A stretch of DNA of 64,000 nucleotides from contig CBDDIJ010000003.1 in assembly GCA_965228855.1 (NCBI GenBank), forward strand, positions 192,001 to 256,000, written 5' to 3'. Position numbers and translations under genes: made by a program. This document shows positions 1 to 10,165 of the stretch, piece by piece. Each line of letters starts with the position of its first letter. Position 1 is the first letter of the stretch. The notes beneath the pieces were generated by a model. It searched no databases, had not been told where the DNA came from, and was given only the letters and a program-made list of their open reading frames with translations. This DNA is from Candidatus Obscuribacterales bacterium (lineage in GTDB: Bacteria > Cyanobacteriota > Vampirovibrionia > Obscuribacterales > Obscuribacteraceae).

Positions 1-1101
1 CTCAGGCAAGCCGAAACTGTTTCCGTAAGAACAACTGCCACCGATGCTGCTACCATGCAGAAGCGAATCTCTGAGGCTGTTCTCGGTACCACGAACCTGC
101 CGGATATCGCCAGGGAAACTTTGAGTTTGCTGAAGTCTGATGATTTTGACGGTCAGCAGATACAGTTTGAGTTGCGGCCAAAGAATTTTGAAAACTGGCG
201 GGTGGCACGTCGCAACGTTGAAGAGTCGCTCTTCATTTCGATAGACCCTACCGTGAACCAGAAAGGCATGCTCGTTTGCCTGCATGGTCTTGGTTTGAAC
301 TCGAAGAGTTTCAAGGACTTCTCCGCGAAGATTACACCATTCGGCTACGGCGTAATCGCGCTCGATGTGCGCGGTTTTGGTTCATTTGCTATGGAGAAGG
401 GATTGGACAAGCTCGACCTCGACACCGGGCTTGAAGATCTTGCAGCCAGCGTTAGTTTGATTAAAGCACATAGTCCGAGTCTTCCGGTTATCGTGCTGGG
501 TGAATCCATGGGGGGCGCTCTGGCGGTACAACTCGCGGCGAAGCATCCTGAGCTGGTGAATGCTCTGATAAGCGCAGTGCCATCGAGTAAACGTTTCAAA
601 TCCACCCAGACCAATTTGCTGGTTGGTTTAAAACTCATTGAAGGCAAAAAGAAACCAATTCAGATTGGAAAGCGAGTAATCGAACAATCAACTGCCGATG
701 AAAGTGTGCGAGCGGTGTGGATGAACGATCCTGGAAACCGTTTACAGTTATCGGCTGAGGAGCTCGTGCGGTTTCAAAACTTTATGAAGGAAACCGAGAA
801 GGTCGCAAAAGATGTTAAGGCTATACCCGCGATAATTTTTCAAGGCTTCAGAGATCATCTCGTCAAACCTGAAGGTACAATCGCGCTGTATGGCGCGCTT
901 GGTACCCCTCAAAAAGATCTCGTCCTGGTTGGTGATTCCGAACATTTGATCTTCGAGGAAGGTCAGGCTCCCGATGATATCGTGCGCATGTTGGCGGGCT
1001 GGCTGGATAGTCACATCGCGGTTAAGGAGAAGCTAAGACCGTCACCGAACCCGGTACCAGAACCGGTGACTTCCGGTTCAGTAAACACAAGCTTAGACTA
1101 G
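1..1101 (+). CDS. Alpha/beta hydrolase (lysophospholipase / Hydrolase_4-like), probably 5'-truncated by the window edge
   Basis: CLHGLG oxyanion motif, DVRGFG, nucleophile elbow GESMGG, late D/H (RDHLV, SEHL); frame is open from base 1 to the ATG at 55. Confidence 0.85.
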   Translation, partial: LRQAETVSVRTTATDAATMQKRISEAVLGTTNLPDIARETLSLLKSDDFDGQQIQFELRPKNFENWRVARRNVEESLFISIDPTVNQKGMLVCLHGLGLNSKSFKDFSAKITPFGYGVIALDVRGFGSFAMEKGLDKLDLDTGLEDLAASVSLIKAHSPSLPVIVLGESMGGALAVQLAAKHPELVNALISAVPSSKRFKSTQTNLLVGLKLIEGKKKPIQIGKRVIEQSTADESVRAVWMNDPGNRLQLSAEELVRFQNFMKETEKVAKDVKAIPAIIFQGFRDHLVKPEGTIALYGALGTPQKDLVLVGDSEHLIFEEGQAPDDIVRMLAGWLDSHIAVKEKLRPSPNPVPEPVTSGSVNTSLD

Positions 1102-1181
1102 ATTTGAGCTTTATAGATAGAATATCTTTGTGCAGGGAAGAATAATGTGACGCCTTCTGCATGTTTTGCTATAAGGGGAAA

Positions 1182-2228
1182 ATGCGCCTCGCACTTTTTG
1201 TTAACGACATTCAAACAGAAAAGGTTACCTACACGACTAACCTTTTCGCCCTAACTGCGATCAACCGCGGTCATGAGGCCTGGGTCATCGGCGCCGAGGA
1301 TTTCATTTATGACCGTGACGAGCGCATCAAGGCGCGGGCACGCCATGCTCCCAAGTCCAATTACAAGAGTGCACAAGCCTATTTATCAGATCTTCAAAGT
1401 AATAAGGCAAGAATCGAAGAAATTTGTCTTGATCAATTCGATGTTCTGATGCTGCGGAGCGATCCGTCAGAGGAGAGTGGAGCGCGGCATTGGGCGCAGT
1501 CGGTAGGAGTCGATTTTGGCAGAGAGGCGATGAGACACGGCGTGATTGTGGTCAACGATCCGGATGGTCTTGCTCGTGCGCGTAACAAGATGTACTTCCA
1601 AACGTTTCCCGAACAGGTTCGACCGCGCACCGTTATCACGCGCAGCCGAGAGAAAATTCGCGAGTTTGCCAAAGAAATGGGAAACTGGATGGTGTTGAAA
1701 CCGCTTCAAGGTTCAGGCGGTAAAGGCGTTTTCCTGGTCAAGCCCGAGGATATGTCCAACCTCAATCAAATTATCGAGTCGCTGAGTAAAGACGGTTATA
1801 TTATCGCGCAGGAGTATTTGCCGGCTGCTGCGAAGGGTGATGTCCGGCTGTTTATGATGAACGGTCATGCTCTTCGCTACAAAGGAAAGTATGCTGCGTT
1901 TAGAAGAATGGGAGCAGAAGGTGACATTAGAAGCAACGTCCACGCCGGCGGAAGTGTCGAGCAGGCGGTCATCACTGATGAAGCTCTTGAGCTTTGCAAA
2001 ATTGTCAGACCTAAACTCGTGCAGGATGGAATGTTTCTTGTCGGTTTGGATATCGTCGGCGATAAGCTGATGGAGATCAACGTGTTTAGCCCGGGCGGGC
2101 TCGTGAACGCTCAGCGATTTGAAGGTGTGAATTTCTCGCACGCTGTAATAGATTCGCTTGAGAGTAAAGTCGATTACATGCGGTTTTACAAGCGGAATTT
2201 TTGCAATGTTGAAATGTGTACGCTGTAA
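1182..2228 (+). CDS. Glutathione synthetase-like ATP-grasp ligase
   Basis: LKPLQGSGGKGVF, QEYLPAAAKGDVR, RSNVHAGG, GLDIVGDKLMEINVFSPGG; start MRLALFVN chosen after AAGGGG (ORF track starts at 1161). Confidence 0.8.
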   Translation: MRLALFVNDIQTEKVTYTTNLFALTAINRGHEAWVIGAEDFIYDRDERIKARARHAPKSNYKSAQAYLSDLQSNKARIEEICLDQFDVLMLRSDPSEESGARHWAQSVGVDFGREAMRHGVIVVNDPDGLARARNKMYFQTFPEQVRPRTVITRSREKIREFAKEMGNWMVLKPLQGSGGKGVFLVKPEDMSNLNQIIESLSKDGYIIAQEYLPAAAKGDVRLFMMNGHALRYKGKYAAFRRMGAEGDIRSNVHAGGSVEQAVITDEALELCKIVRPKLVQDGMFLVGLDIVGDKLMEINVFSPGGLVNAQRFEGVNFSHAVIDSLESKVDYMRFYKRNFCNVEMCTL

Positions 2229-2247
2229 TTAGTTTCTTACCATCTCC

Positions 2248-3735
2248 TCAAGGACCGCCATACAAGCGGCGAATCGTCGCCATATCGCGATTCGAGAGAA
2301 TAGGCAAAATGGTGGGAGACTCTGAGAAAAACATCACATCATTGTTGTTATTAGAGTGACCATTGATGCCTAGAGCATGACCCACTTCATGCAAGCAGAC
2401 CTTCTTCATGTCAGCATCGTTTAGTGGCATGCCACCGCGATTGGTGAGTATCGTCATATGCGCGTTAGTGATACTAATATCGGTGGCATTGACTGGTTGA
2501 CCATTTAATTTTGTCAGACCACCCTCAAGGAGGCGACCGTTGTCCATTACTTTATTGGCATCGCCCGTCCATTCGCATGTTATGTCACTTTGCTCAGGAT
2601 TGTTTGACAGCTCGAAGGTGATTCGATTTCCCGAAGCGACCGCCCATTGTGAAAATGAATCCATCAAATCCTGGTAGTAGGAGCTTTGGTAACCGGGAAC
2701 GCCGCCACCAGCCATGATGCAAACTCGAATAGGCATCTTCATCCATCGAAAATATTTGCCACCAGATGCGGCGCTTGCGAAATAGTCATTTTGCATAGTT
2801 TGCTGCTGCTGCTGCTGAACTCCTCTTCCACCGGAGCTCTGCATCTGCTTGCGCAGTCCCTGAATTCGCTGCCGGATATCACCTGCTTTGTTAGACCCGG
2901 GATTTTCGTTGAGAAAGCGTTCGTACCAGGTAATGGCGTTTGGTATATCTCCAAGACTTTGATAATTCGAGCCGATGTTTAAGACCGCTTCTTTCATGTT
3001 CGGATCTATTCGGAGCGCTGATTGGAATTCGCCAATTGCTTGCTGGCACTGTCCGGCGTTTGCGTAAGCGTAGCCCAGGAAAAAGTGCGCAGGTGCAAAA
3101 TTCGGATCGACGCTAATGGCCTGCTGAAACGCTGCCTGGGCCTGTGGATAACGCTTTTGATTGAGTAGCGACTGGCCCTGTTCGACTAGAGAGCGAAGAT
3201 TACCTGTCTGTTTCGACGCACCGGCACGTTGAATATAACCTCTTACTTGTGCGGCATCCGGCGCATTCGGATTGGTCTGTAGATACTGTTGAAAGTACGG
3301 AACCGCCTGGTCGAACCGATTCATATTCATCAAACAGGTCCCCAGATTGACGTTTATAAACGTCATCTGCGGATTCAATTGCAAAGCTTGTTGGTATTCA
3401 GAAATTGCCTGCTGCGGGCTGCCGCTGTTTTGAAAAGCCATCCCCAGATAGCCGTGTACTTCTCCGCAGCTCGGATCAAGGCTCTGGGCTTTATGCAAAA
3501 GACTAATAGCCTCTTTCGTCCGGCGTGAATTGATGAGCTGCTCAGCCTGTTCGCACATGCCACGCACCTCATCCGACATCGCAAACGCCGGAAAGACTTG
3601 GTGGGAGAGCATTAGAGTCGTGCCGAGCAGCACCGCCCTTGTCGTGAACGGTTTCCAAAGCGGTACAGGCTTACGGTATTGAGCAAAAAAAGATTTTGTT
3701 TCCAAAAGAGCGCACTCGTCAGGGTTTAACGTCAT
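2248..3735 (-). CDS. Secreted TPR-repeat protein with C-terminal matrixin (metzincin) metalloprotease domain
   Basis: Signal-like N-terminus, multiple TPRs, HEVGHALGINGHS zinc motif and DVMF Met-turn. Confidence 0.85.
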   Translation of the reverse strand: MTLNPDECALLETKSFFAQYRKPVPLWKPFTTRAVLLGTTLMLSHQVFPAFAMSDEVRGMCEQAEQLINSRRTKEAISLLHKAQSLDPSCGEVHGYLGMAFQNSGSPQQAISEYQQALQLNPQMTFINVNLGTCLMNMNRFDQAVPYFQQYLQTNPNAPDAAQVRGYIQRAGASKQTGNLRSLVEQGQSLLNQKRYPQAQAAFQQAISVDPNFAPAHFFLGYAYANAGQCQQAIGEFQSALRIDPNMKEAVLNIGSNYQSLGDIPNAITWYERFLNENPGSNKAGDIRQRIQGLRKQMQSSGGRGVQQQQQQTMQNDYFASAASGGKYFRWMKMPIRVCIMAGGGVPGYQSSYYQDLMDSFSQWAVASGNRITFELSNNPEQSDITCEWTGDANKVMDNGRLLEGGLTKLNGQPVNATDISITNAHMTILTNRGGMPLNDADMKKVCLHEVGHALGINGHSNNNNDVMFFSESPTILPILSNRDMATIRRLYGGP

Positions 3736-3841
3736 ATACCCGGTAATCGTGGCGGCAAATGTGGCTTTTTGCTTTTATTGATCTCCAGAAGTGGAATAAA
3801 GAGTTAGAGCTTACGGAACCAGAACCCAGGAGCTTTTCCGA

Positions 3842-6800
3842 GTGTGGCCAACCCCCCAGGACTATAACGAAGCCGTTCAGCAGCCGCAGGCGTGCTTCTC
3901 CGATTCGGAGCTGCGGAGGTGCCGGGTCGAGTTGAATCACCTGGGTTTGCCGCGTCCCATGACGGGCGCATTCGCGAGCGTCTACCGCCTGTCGAATGTG
4001 GCGGGCACATCCTGGGCTGTGCGCTGTTTTCTAGAACATCGCGAGGATATGAAGGAGCGCTACAACGCGATTAAAACCGCGGTAGCTGGACCGGCGCAAG
4101 ATTTGTTTGCCTCATTCGAGTATATAGAGCGGGGCATTAGAGTTCGCAATGAATGGTTTCCTATTCTAAAAATGGAATGGGTCGATGGCGATAGTCTTGA
4201 CCGCTATCTCGACCGGCACGTGAAGACGCGCGCCAAGGTCGTAAGTCTTCACAAGCAATTTCGGGAATTGGCTTTGAAACTGAAAAAGGCTGGTATCGCC
4301 CATGGTGATCTTCAGCACGGTAATATTTTGGTCACGGACAATGGACTGCGCCTCATAGACTATGACGATATGTTCGTTGAGGGACTGGCTGGCAAAGTGA
4401 GTCACGAACTTGGGCATCGTAATTTTCAGCATCCCGGGCGCAGTAATGACCACTTCAATGCCGATTTAGATAACTTTGCGGAATGGGTTATCGACCTCTC
4501 GCTCAAGGCGCTGGTGGTCGAGCCTGATATCTGGCGAGATTTCGATTGCGGCGATGACTGTTTGCTGTTTCGTCATAGAGATTTTAAAGACGCAGATGAG
4601 TCCCCAATTTTTAAATATTTGCTGCATCACGACGAAGCTGAGTTGCGAGATTCTGCTAAATTGTTCGCGGATGTTTTGGCGTTGCGTCCAACCAAAACCC
4701 CTGACTATCAGAGTGATTCGGCAACAGTAGGCCAGCTTGTTCACCTTGAGAGTATTGAGGTAATCAACGAATCAGAAAAAAATGCGTTTGGGGATGACCG
4801 TGACGTTCACGAGCCTACCCTCACTGCGACTGAACTTTCATTCGTGGATTACGATCGGTGGCTTGCCAGCGTCGAACAACGCAAACAGCAACCAGGGAAA
4901 AATACGGCCAGATTTTTCGAGAGGGTGCGGACCGCAGGTGCTGGTTTCGTAAAAAAAGGCTGGCGTCACGTGGTATCACATCTGGCACCGTATGCATGGG
5001 CTCGAACCGCAGCAGACGAAGGGAATCGTGAATACGACGAAGGCAATTTGACCGAAGCGGTAAAGCTTTATTCGGATGCAGCAGCCGTACTCCGTGCAGA
5101 TCACAGCAAGCGCACAGGTCGCGGTACCCCAGTGACTATGGAACTTCTATGCGAGGTCCTGATCAATCTGGGTTACTGCTATGTTCGTAAAGAACAGCCG
5201 GGAACGGCGGCGCACTATTTTCGAGAAGCTAAAAGCGCGGCTTCTCCGATCGAGTTCGGTCAAGCACGTTTGCAAGCGCAGCTGCTGCTTGCGGCAACCT
5301 TATTCGATCTCGACAGGAAAGGCGACAGTCACATCGGCAATGCGCTGAATCCGCTGGCGACGGAACTGAATGTTTTAAAAGGGCAGATTGATACTGCCGA
5401 AGTTCTGATAGGAGCGGTGCGTGCTGAACGTGATGGCCCTTACGGCAACATGCTGACATTTCCGGCAATGTTGACCGAGCTTGGTCATGGTTATCTTTCT
5501 GCCGGTGATTTCCCTAATGCTCAGGCTGCATACAAAGCGGCGATGGAAGCCTGTCAATGGGTGAAGGATGAGAAGCAGGCAATTAAGACAAAGTTGATAG
5601 TTGCGCGCGCTGCGTGCGGTTTTTCCGCTACGCGTGTCGGGGAATCCGAGATCGATGATGCCGTCAAACAGTTTTGCGATCTAATGGACGTCGAAAGTGA
5701 TACCACTATTCTTCGGCAGTTGATACGAACCGAGTTGAAGGGACCGCTGAAATCCGACTGGAAATTTGCAGAACTAATGCGAGCGCTTGCTCATGATCTG
5801 GCTGCTCGCGGGCAATGTGAACATGCAGAATTGGCTTACCGGGCTGCTCTTATGGCATTGCGCCTCGCTGACAATCCTGAGGAGTATCAGCTCAAGATTG
5901 TCGACTGTCTTCTGGGATTGGGAAAATCTTTGGAAGCTGTCGCGGTGATTCGCGATTACTCGGAGTGGTCGAAAGACTTTTCGGCCCAACTATCTGAGCA
6001 TATTGACTCTATAGATGACTTCAACCATGCCCTGATAGTGAGCACCGTTGTATTCGACGATAATACTCACAAGAACCGCTACAAATGTCTGGAGTCCCTG
6101 GTGCGTACCTGCCCAGCCGCAGAGCAGGCCGGTCGAGCAGTTGCCGGAATCGAGCTCACCGACATCGGTTCAAAACTTGCCTTTGCCGAGTTGATGCTTG
6201 AACTCGCCCGCGACCTGAAATCCGCGAACCGCAGTCGAGTGGCAAAGTGCTTTTATGCTGCGGCGTTTAAGGCATTCAAGCGCGGTAATCTCGACGAGAG
6301 CTATGGCGCGTCGGTTATGGAATGTTTACTAGCCATGGGCGATCCCGAGGTCGCTGCCGGGTTGTTGCTGGACGGCGGCCGATTGGAAGAGATGGTTCGT
6401 TTGATGGTCAACGTAATGATTCAGCAAAAGCAATACGATCGTGCATCGATCTGCGAATTGCTCGTCAAGGTTGCGGATACACAGATGTCCAGACCTCCCG
6501 CGTCTGTAACCGAGGAAGAGATCAAGACGACTATCTCGCTTCTCGATTGGTGCGCCGGCGATGAAGAGGGACTTGCGAAGGAGACACGCGATAAGGCGCA
6601 ACGCTGGCTGGAAAATCGTGAGATGGCATTCGCCCATAGTTTGGTCGAGCAGGGTAAATTCGGAACGGCTCTTGAGCTGTTTGAAAAGCACGAAGGATCG
6701 TCCGGGCCGAATGTTATTTTGGTTCAGGAACTCTGGGTACTTAAGTACCTATCTGCTGCTTTGATAGACCGCGATCGTGGATATGTTACGGTTGCGGACG

Positions 6801-8263
6801 GCTATGCCTTTGGATGTGCGATCCAATTGATGTCCACCATGCGCGAGCGCCATGTCCTCACTCCTCAATTTGCCTTGAAAGTGTCTGAGTTGATTCGAAG
6901 TGCAAGAACAACCACAGGTACTCAGCGTTACGTCGAAGACGTGTACTCGATTTTTTGTGAGTCCGGTCGCGGCTTCGAGCATTCGGTTTTGAGTTTGCGA
7001 GATAGTTTGAAACCCGATTCAAGGTCGGCTATCGAAAACCGTTTAAACATCAAAGGCAATGAGGATATGGTGCTCTCCATCGCCGATGGGAACCTAGAGT
7101 TTCAGATTGTCTCGCCTACCGTCGAAAGCGGTGACGGAGGTGCGAAGCAAGCTGATGAATCTGGAGCGGAAAGTTGGCGCGCAATCAACAAAATCTTCTT
7201 TATGATCGAGCGTGAAGAGTATTCCGCAGCCATCGAGGCTCTCGATAAATTGCGTGCAGATTCGGATGATAACAATTTAGCCAGTGATGCTCTGGTTCTG
7301 CGTGGATATTGTTATTCACTGCTGCAGGATGATTCTCAGGCGGAGCGCTCGTTTAAGCAAGCGGTTAGAGTGGTGCGTGGCTCCGATAGGTTTCGCTTTA
7401 CCAAGGCAACGCTTTGTGTTTATCTGATTTTTATGCGCAATCGGGACAAACAGCGTTACCTTCGTCAACTGATTGATCCTACTTTGGAGGCTCGTAACGT
7501 CGTCAAAATCGCGACGAAAGTGGTTGGACGGACTTTGAACGAGAGCGATGATTTGACTGAAGTTCTTGCCGGAGAATTGCTGGAGCGCGCAGAGAAGGGA
7601 GAGAGAACGTCGTTAACGTCTGCGAAAATTTATCGTGCGATTCTCACCATATTCGGTATCGAGAATCTTTCGCGACGACTTGATGTTATCTACTGTCTTG
7701 ATGCGATCGGAAAGTACAGGAGCGCTTCGTCGGTGCTTAAGTTGTATGTCTCGACCGCCGGCAGCGATGATGAAAAAATGAAGGAGCTTGTCTCAAAACT
7801 CGCTCGGAGACACATCAAAACCAGAGAACTCGACAAAATTATTTCGTGTTACAAAGCCGCCGTTGTTGATTTTGAAACTCATGTTGCCGCTGCGCGCGAA
7901 GACCATTTAATCGGAACCTTAAGTAAAGTCTTGACTGGTCATGTTCCGCGGCGCATGCTTCTTGAAATTCGATATGACCTCATATCGTTTTTGGGTCGAG
8001 ATCTGCTGGGCGCCGAACTTTGTGACAGAGTCGCCGATGCGATTGTGAATAGCATCGCCGATGATGGCATGGAGGATCGACGAGTGAAATTCAGAGTCGA
8101 ATTGGAAGGTATTGCAAGAGTGTTGGAAAAGGTCGACTTCGAGTCCGCCCGGCGCGTGCAGGCTTGTTTAAATCCCGATGGTGATTATGCTGGTTCAAAC
8201 AGTGATCATATGAACTTGCTGGAGCAGGAGTTGTTTGAGTCTGCGAGTAAGCGTGGCGCATGA
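3842..8263 (+). CDS. Large protein: N-terminal atypical protein-kinase domain plus ~1100 aa of helical/TPR-like repeats
   Basis: TGAFASVY Gly-loop, IAHGDLQHGNILV catalytic loop, LIDYDDMF; TPR-like helices downstream. Confidence 0.75.
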   Translation: MWPTPQDYNEAVQQPQACFSDSELRRCRVELNHLGLPRPMTGAFASVYRLSNVAGTSWAVRCFLEHREDMKERYNAIKTAVAGPAQDLFASFEYIERGIRVRNEWFPILKMEWVDGDSLDRYLDRHVKTRAKVVSLHKQFRELALKLKKAGIAHGDLQHGNILVTDNGLRLIDYDDMFVEGLAGKVSHELGHRNFQHPGRSNDHFNADLDNFAEWVIDLSLKALVVEPDIWRDFDCGDDCLLFRHRDFKDADESPIFKYLLHHDEAELRDSAKLFADVLALRPTKTPDYQSDSATVGQLVHLESIEVINESEKNAFGDDRDVHEPTLTATELSFVDYDRWLASVEQRKQQPGKNTARFFERVRTAGAGFVKKGWRHVVSHLAPYAWARTAADEGNREYDEGNLTEAVKLYSDAAAVLRADHSKRTGRGTPVTMELLCEVLINLGYCYVRKEQPGTAAHYFREAKSAASPIEFGQARLQAQLLLAATLFDLDRKGDSHIGNALNPLATELNVLKGQIDTAEVLIGAVRAERDGPYGNMLTFPAMLTELGHGYLSAGDFPNAQAAYKAAMEACQWVKDEKQAIKTKLIVARAACGFSATRVGESEIDDAVKQFCDLMDVESDTTILRQLIRTELKGPLKSDWKFAELMRALAHDLAARGQCEHAELAYRAALMALRLADNPEEYQLKIVDCLLGLGKSLEAVAVIRDYSEWSKDFSAQLSEHIDSIDDFNHALIVSTVVFDDNTHKNRYKCLESLVRTCPAAEQAGRAVAGIELTDIGSKLAFAELMLELARDLKSANRSRVAKCFYAAAFKAFKRGNLDESYGASVMECLLAMGDPEVAAGLLLDGGRLEEMVRLMVNVMIQQKQYDRASICELLVKVADTQMSRPPASVTEEEIKTTISLLDWCAGDEEGLAKETRDKAQRWLENREMAFAHSLVEQGKFGTALELFEKHEGSSGPNVILVQELWVLKYLSAALIDRDRGYVTVADGYAFGCAIQLMSTMRERHVLTPQFALKVSELIRSARTTTGTQRYVEDVYSIFCESGRGFEHSVLSLRDSLKPDSRSAIENRLNIKGNEDMVLSIADGNLEFQIVSPTVESGDGGAKQADESGAESWRAINKIFFMIEREEYSAAIEALDKLRADSDDNNLASDALVLRGYCYSLLQDDSQAERSFKQAVRVVRGSDRFRFTKATLCVYLIFMRNRDKQRYLRQLIDPTLEARNVVKIATKVVGRTLNESDDLTEVLAGELLERAEKGERTSLTSAKIYRAILTIFGIENLSRRLDVIYCLDAIGKYRSASSVLKLYVSTAGSDDEKMKELVSKLARRHIKTRELDKIISCYKAAVVDFETHVAAAREDHLIGTLSKVLTGHVPRRMLLEIRYDLISFLGRDLLGAELCDRVADAIVNSIADDGMEDRRVKFRVELEGIARVLEKVDFESARRVQACLNPDGDYAGSNSDHMNLLEQELFESASKRGA

Positions 8264-8388
8264 TAGGCTCGGGAATCTGACAATCCGACTTGCTGAGTCT
8301 GCTGCGCAGCCTCGATTCGCTAGCCCGTTCGCTTAATTACCTGCGTAGTATCCAGCTGTCCGCCTCGCTAAACAACCAGACCGTCTAG

Positions 8389-10074
8389 CTAACTTTCGGC
8401 ATTCGGAGACATTCTCCAGCCCAGCTGATCGAATGCTTCGCGCAGAGTGCAACCGTTTCGATGACAATAGTGCAAGGCGATGACGGCCATTTCAACTTTG
8501 CATTCCTTTCGATCCAAAAGTTTTTGAGCTTGAACGGCGGCATGCATCGTCTGCTCCGACAAAATTCCGCTGGCAACCAGATATCGACTAACTGCTGCGC
8601 GTTGACCATCGAGGAGCTGCATGGCATGTCGATACTCGTTACCGTTAATCAATTCGCTCTCCTTGAGCAGATTCAGCACATGCTGTAGATCTATACGCTC
8701 TTGCGTTCCGCTCGCCGGGTTTACCGTGTAGAAGGTTCCTGATTGCGTTTGATTCGTCAGCCACTCATTGTCGAGGTTAATCTGATCTACGGTGAGCAAG
8801 CGTTCCAATTCGTGACCGAGGGTCTTCGCCGATTGGTATCGATCTTGCGGTTCTTTCTCCAGGCAGCGCAGGATGACAGATTCTATTTGGGGCGGGATGC
8901 CGAGCTTCGGCGCAACATCCTTGAACTTTCGCGGGCGCGTTCCGACTTGAAGTTGCATGGTGGCAAGTGCGTTTGAGCCCTCGAAAGGACGTCTGCCGCT
9001 GATTGATTCATACATTACACATCCAAGTGAATAGATGTCCGACCTCGCATCCATCTCAGTTCCCATGCACTGCTCGGGGCTCATATAAAATGGACTCCCG
9101 AACACGTCTCCTGTTTGGGTAAGACGCTGCGATTTCGGACCCTCGGGACGAACAATTTTGGCAATTCCGAAGTCCACAAGTTTGACCAGATCCGATGATT
9201 TATCGACCGGTATGAGCATGATGTTCGCGGGCTTCACATCTCGATGGATCACCCGGTTAGTATGCGCATGAACGAGTGCTGAGCAGGCTTGCAAAAAAAT
9301 CGTAAGAAATCTCCGAATCTCCAATGGTCCGTCAACTGCCAGCAATTTTTGAAGCACCTCTCCGTTTAAATACTCCATGGCGATAAATGGGAGACCTTCT
9401 TCTGAAAATCCGTAATCGAAGAGAGTGACTAAGTTGGGATGACGCAAGTGGATGGTGGCTTTGGCTTCATGTTCGAAACGCTTTCTTGCGTGCTCATCTT
9501 CGACGAGATGTGGATGTAAAACTTTCAACGCGACTATTCGATTATTGAGAATATCAACTGCCTGATAGATGCGTCCCATCCCGCCGTGACCGATTTGAGA
9601 AATCACCCGATAGTGTCCGGCGAAAAGCTCATTATCTCCCAGTCTCCGGTATCCGTGAGCATCGCGAACGGCGGTACCGTTGGTTCCATTATCTGAGACT
9701 TGCTTGTTCTTTCGTGACTCTACAAATGGTGTCATCTTCTTGAGCATCAGGCGGTGCACTTCGCCTGGATTCTCAGTAGTCACCGTGAAGAATACTTCTG
9801 TTGATTCCTCGTCGCCCGGACCCATCTCCCAGGTAGGTTCACCATTGATACCATCGACGTAGGAAACCGCCAGCAAAAACATTTGAGGCGAACTGGGCTG
9901 TTTCCAACGCAAGTATTGAGGAATAGGAGAGGACTGTGCGGCACGTTCCATAAGCGAGGACACCTCGGCTTTTGATGGCGTGTTTGCATGCACAGGTGTG
10001 TCTTTCCTGCGATCTTCCTTGTCTTGGAACGCGTCCTGTAGGGGCATCTTTGGGGATTCTGCGTGGGCACTCAT
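8389..10074 (-). CDS. Hanks-type Ser/Thr protein kinase with C-terminal degenerate MshEN-like repeat
   Basis: IGHGGMG, VALK, HRDVKPAN, DFG, YMSPEQ motifs; paralog of 10166-11842. Confidence 0.92.
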   Translation of the reverse strand: MSAHAESPKMPLQDAFQDKEDRRKDTPVHANTPSKAEVSSLMERAAQSSPIPQYLRWKQPSSPQMFLLAVSYVDGINGEPTWEMGPGDEESTEVFFTVTTENPGEVHRLMLKKMTPFVESRKNKQVSDNGTNGTAVRDAHGYRRLGDNELFAGHYRVISQIGHGGMGRIYQAVDILNNRIVALKVLHPHLVEDEHARKRFEHEAKATIHLRHPNLVTLFDYGFSEEGLPFIAMEYLNGEVLQKLLAVDGPLEIRRFLTIFLQACSALVHAHTNRVIHRDVKPANIMLIPVDKSSDLVKLVDFGIAKIVRPEGPKSQRLTQTGDVFGSPFYMSPEQCMGTEMDARSDIYSLGCVMYESISGRRPFEGSNALATMQLQVGTRPRKFKDVAPKLGIPPQIESVILRCLEKEPQDRYQSAKTLGHELERLLTVDQINLDNEWLTNQTQSGTFYTVNPASGTQERIDLQHVLNLLKESELINGNEYRHAMQLLDGQRAAVSRYLVASGILSEQTMHAAVQAQKLLDRKECKVEMAVIALHYCHRNGCTLREAFDQLGWRMSPNAES

Positions 10075-10165
10075 CGCGAGCGTCTTATTTTATTTACCCG
10101 AACCGGTTGATGAATTATCTGACCGACCAGTCGATTTCACGGGTCTGTTTACAGCGGTCTCACTT

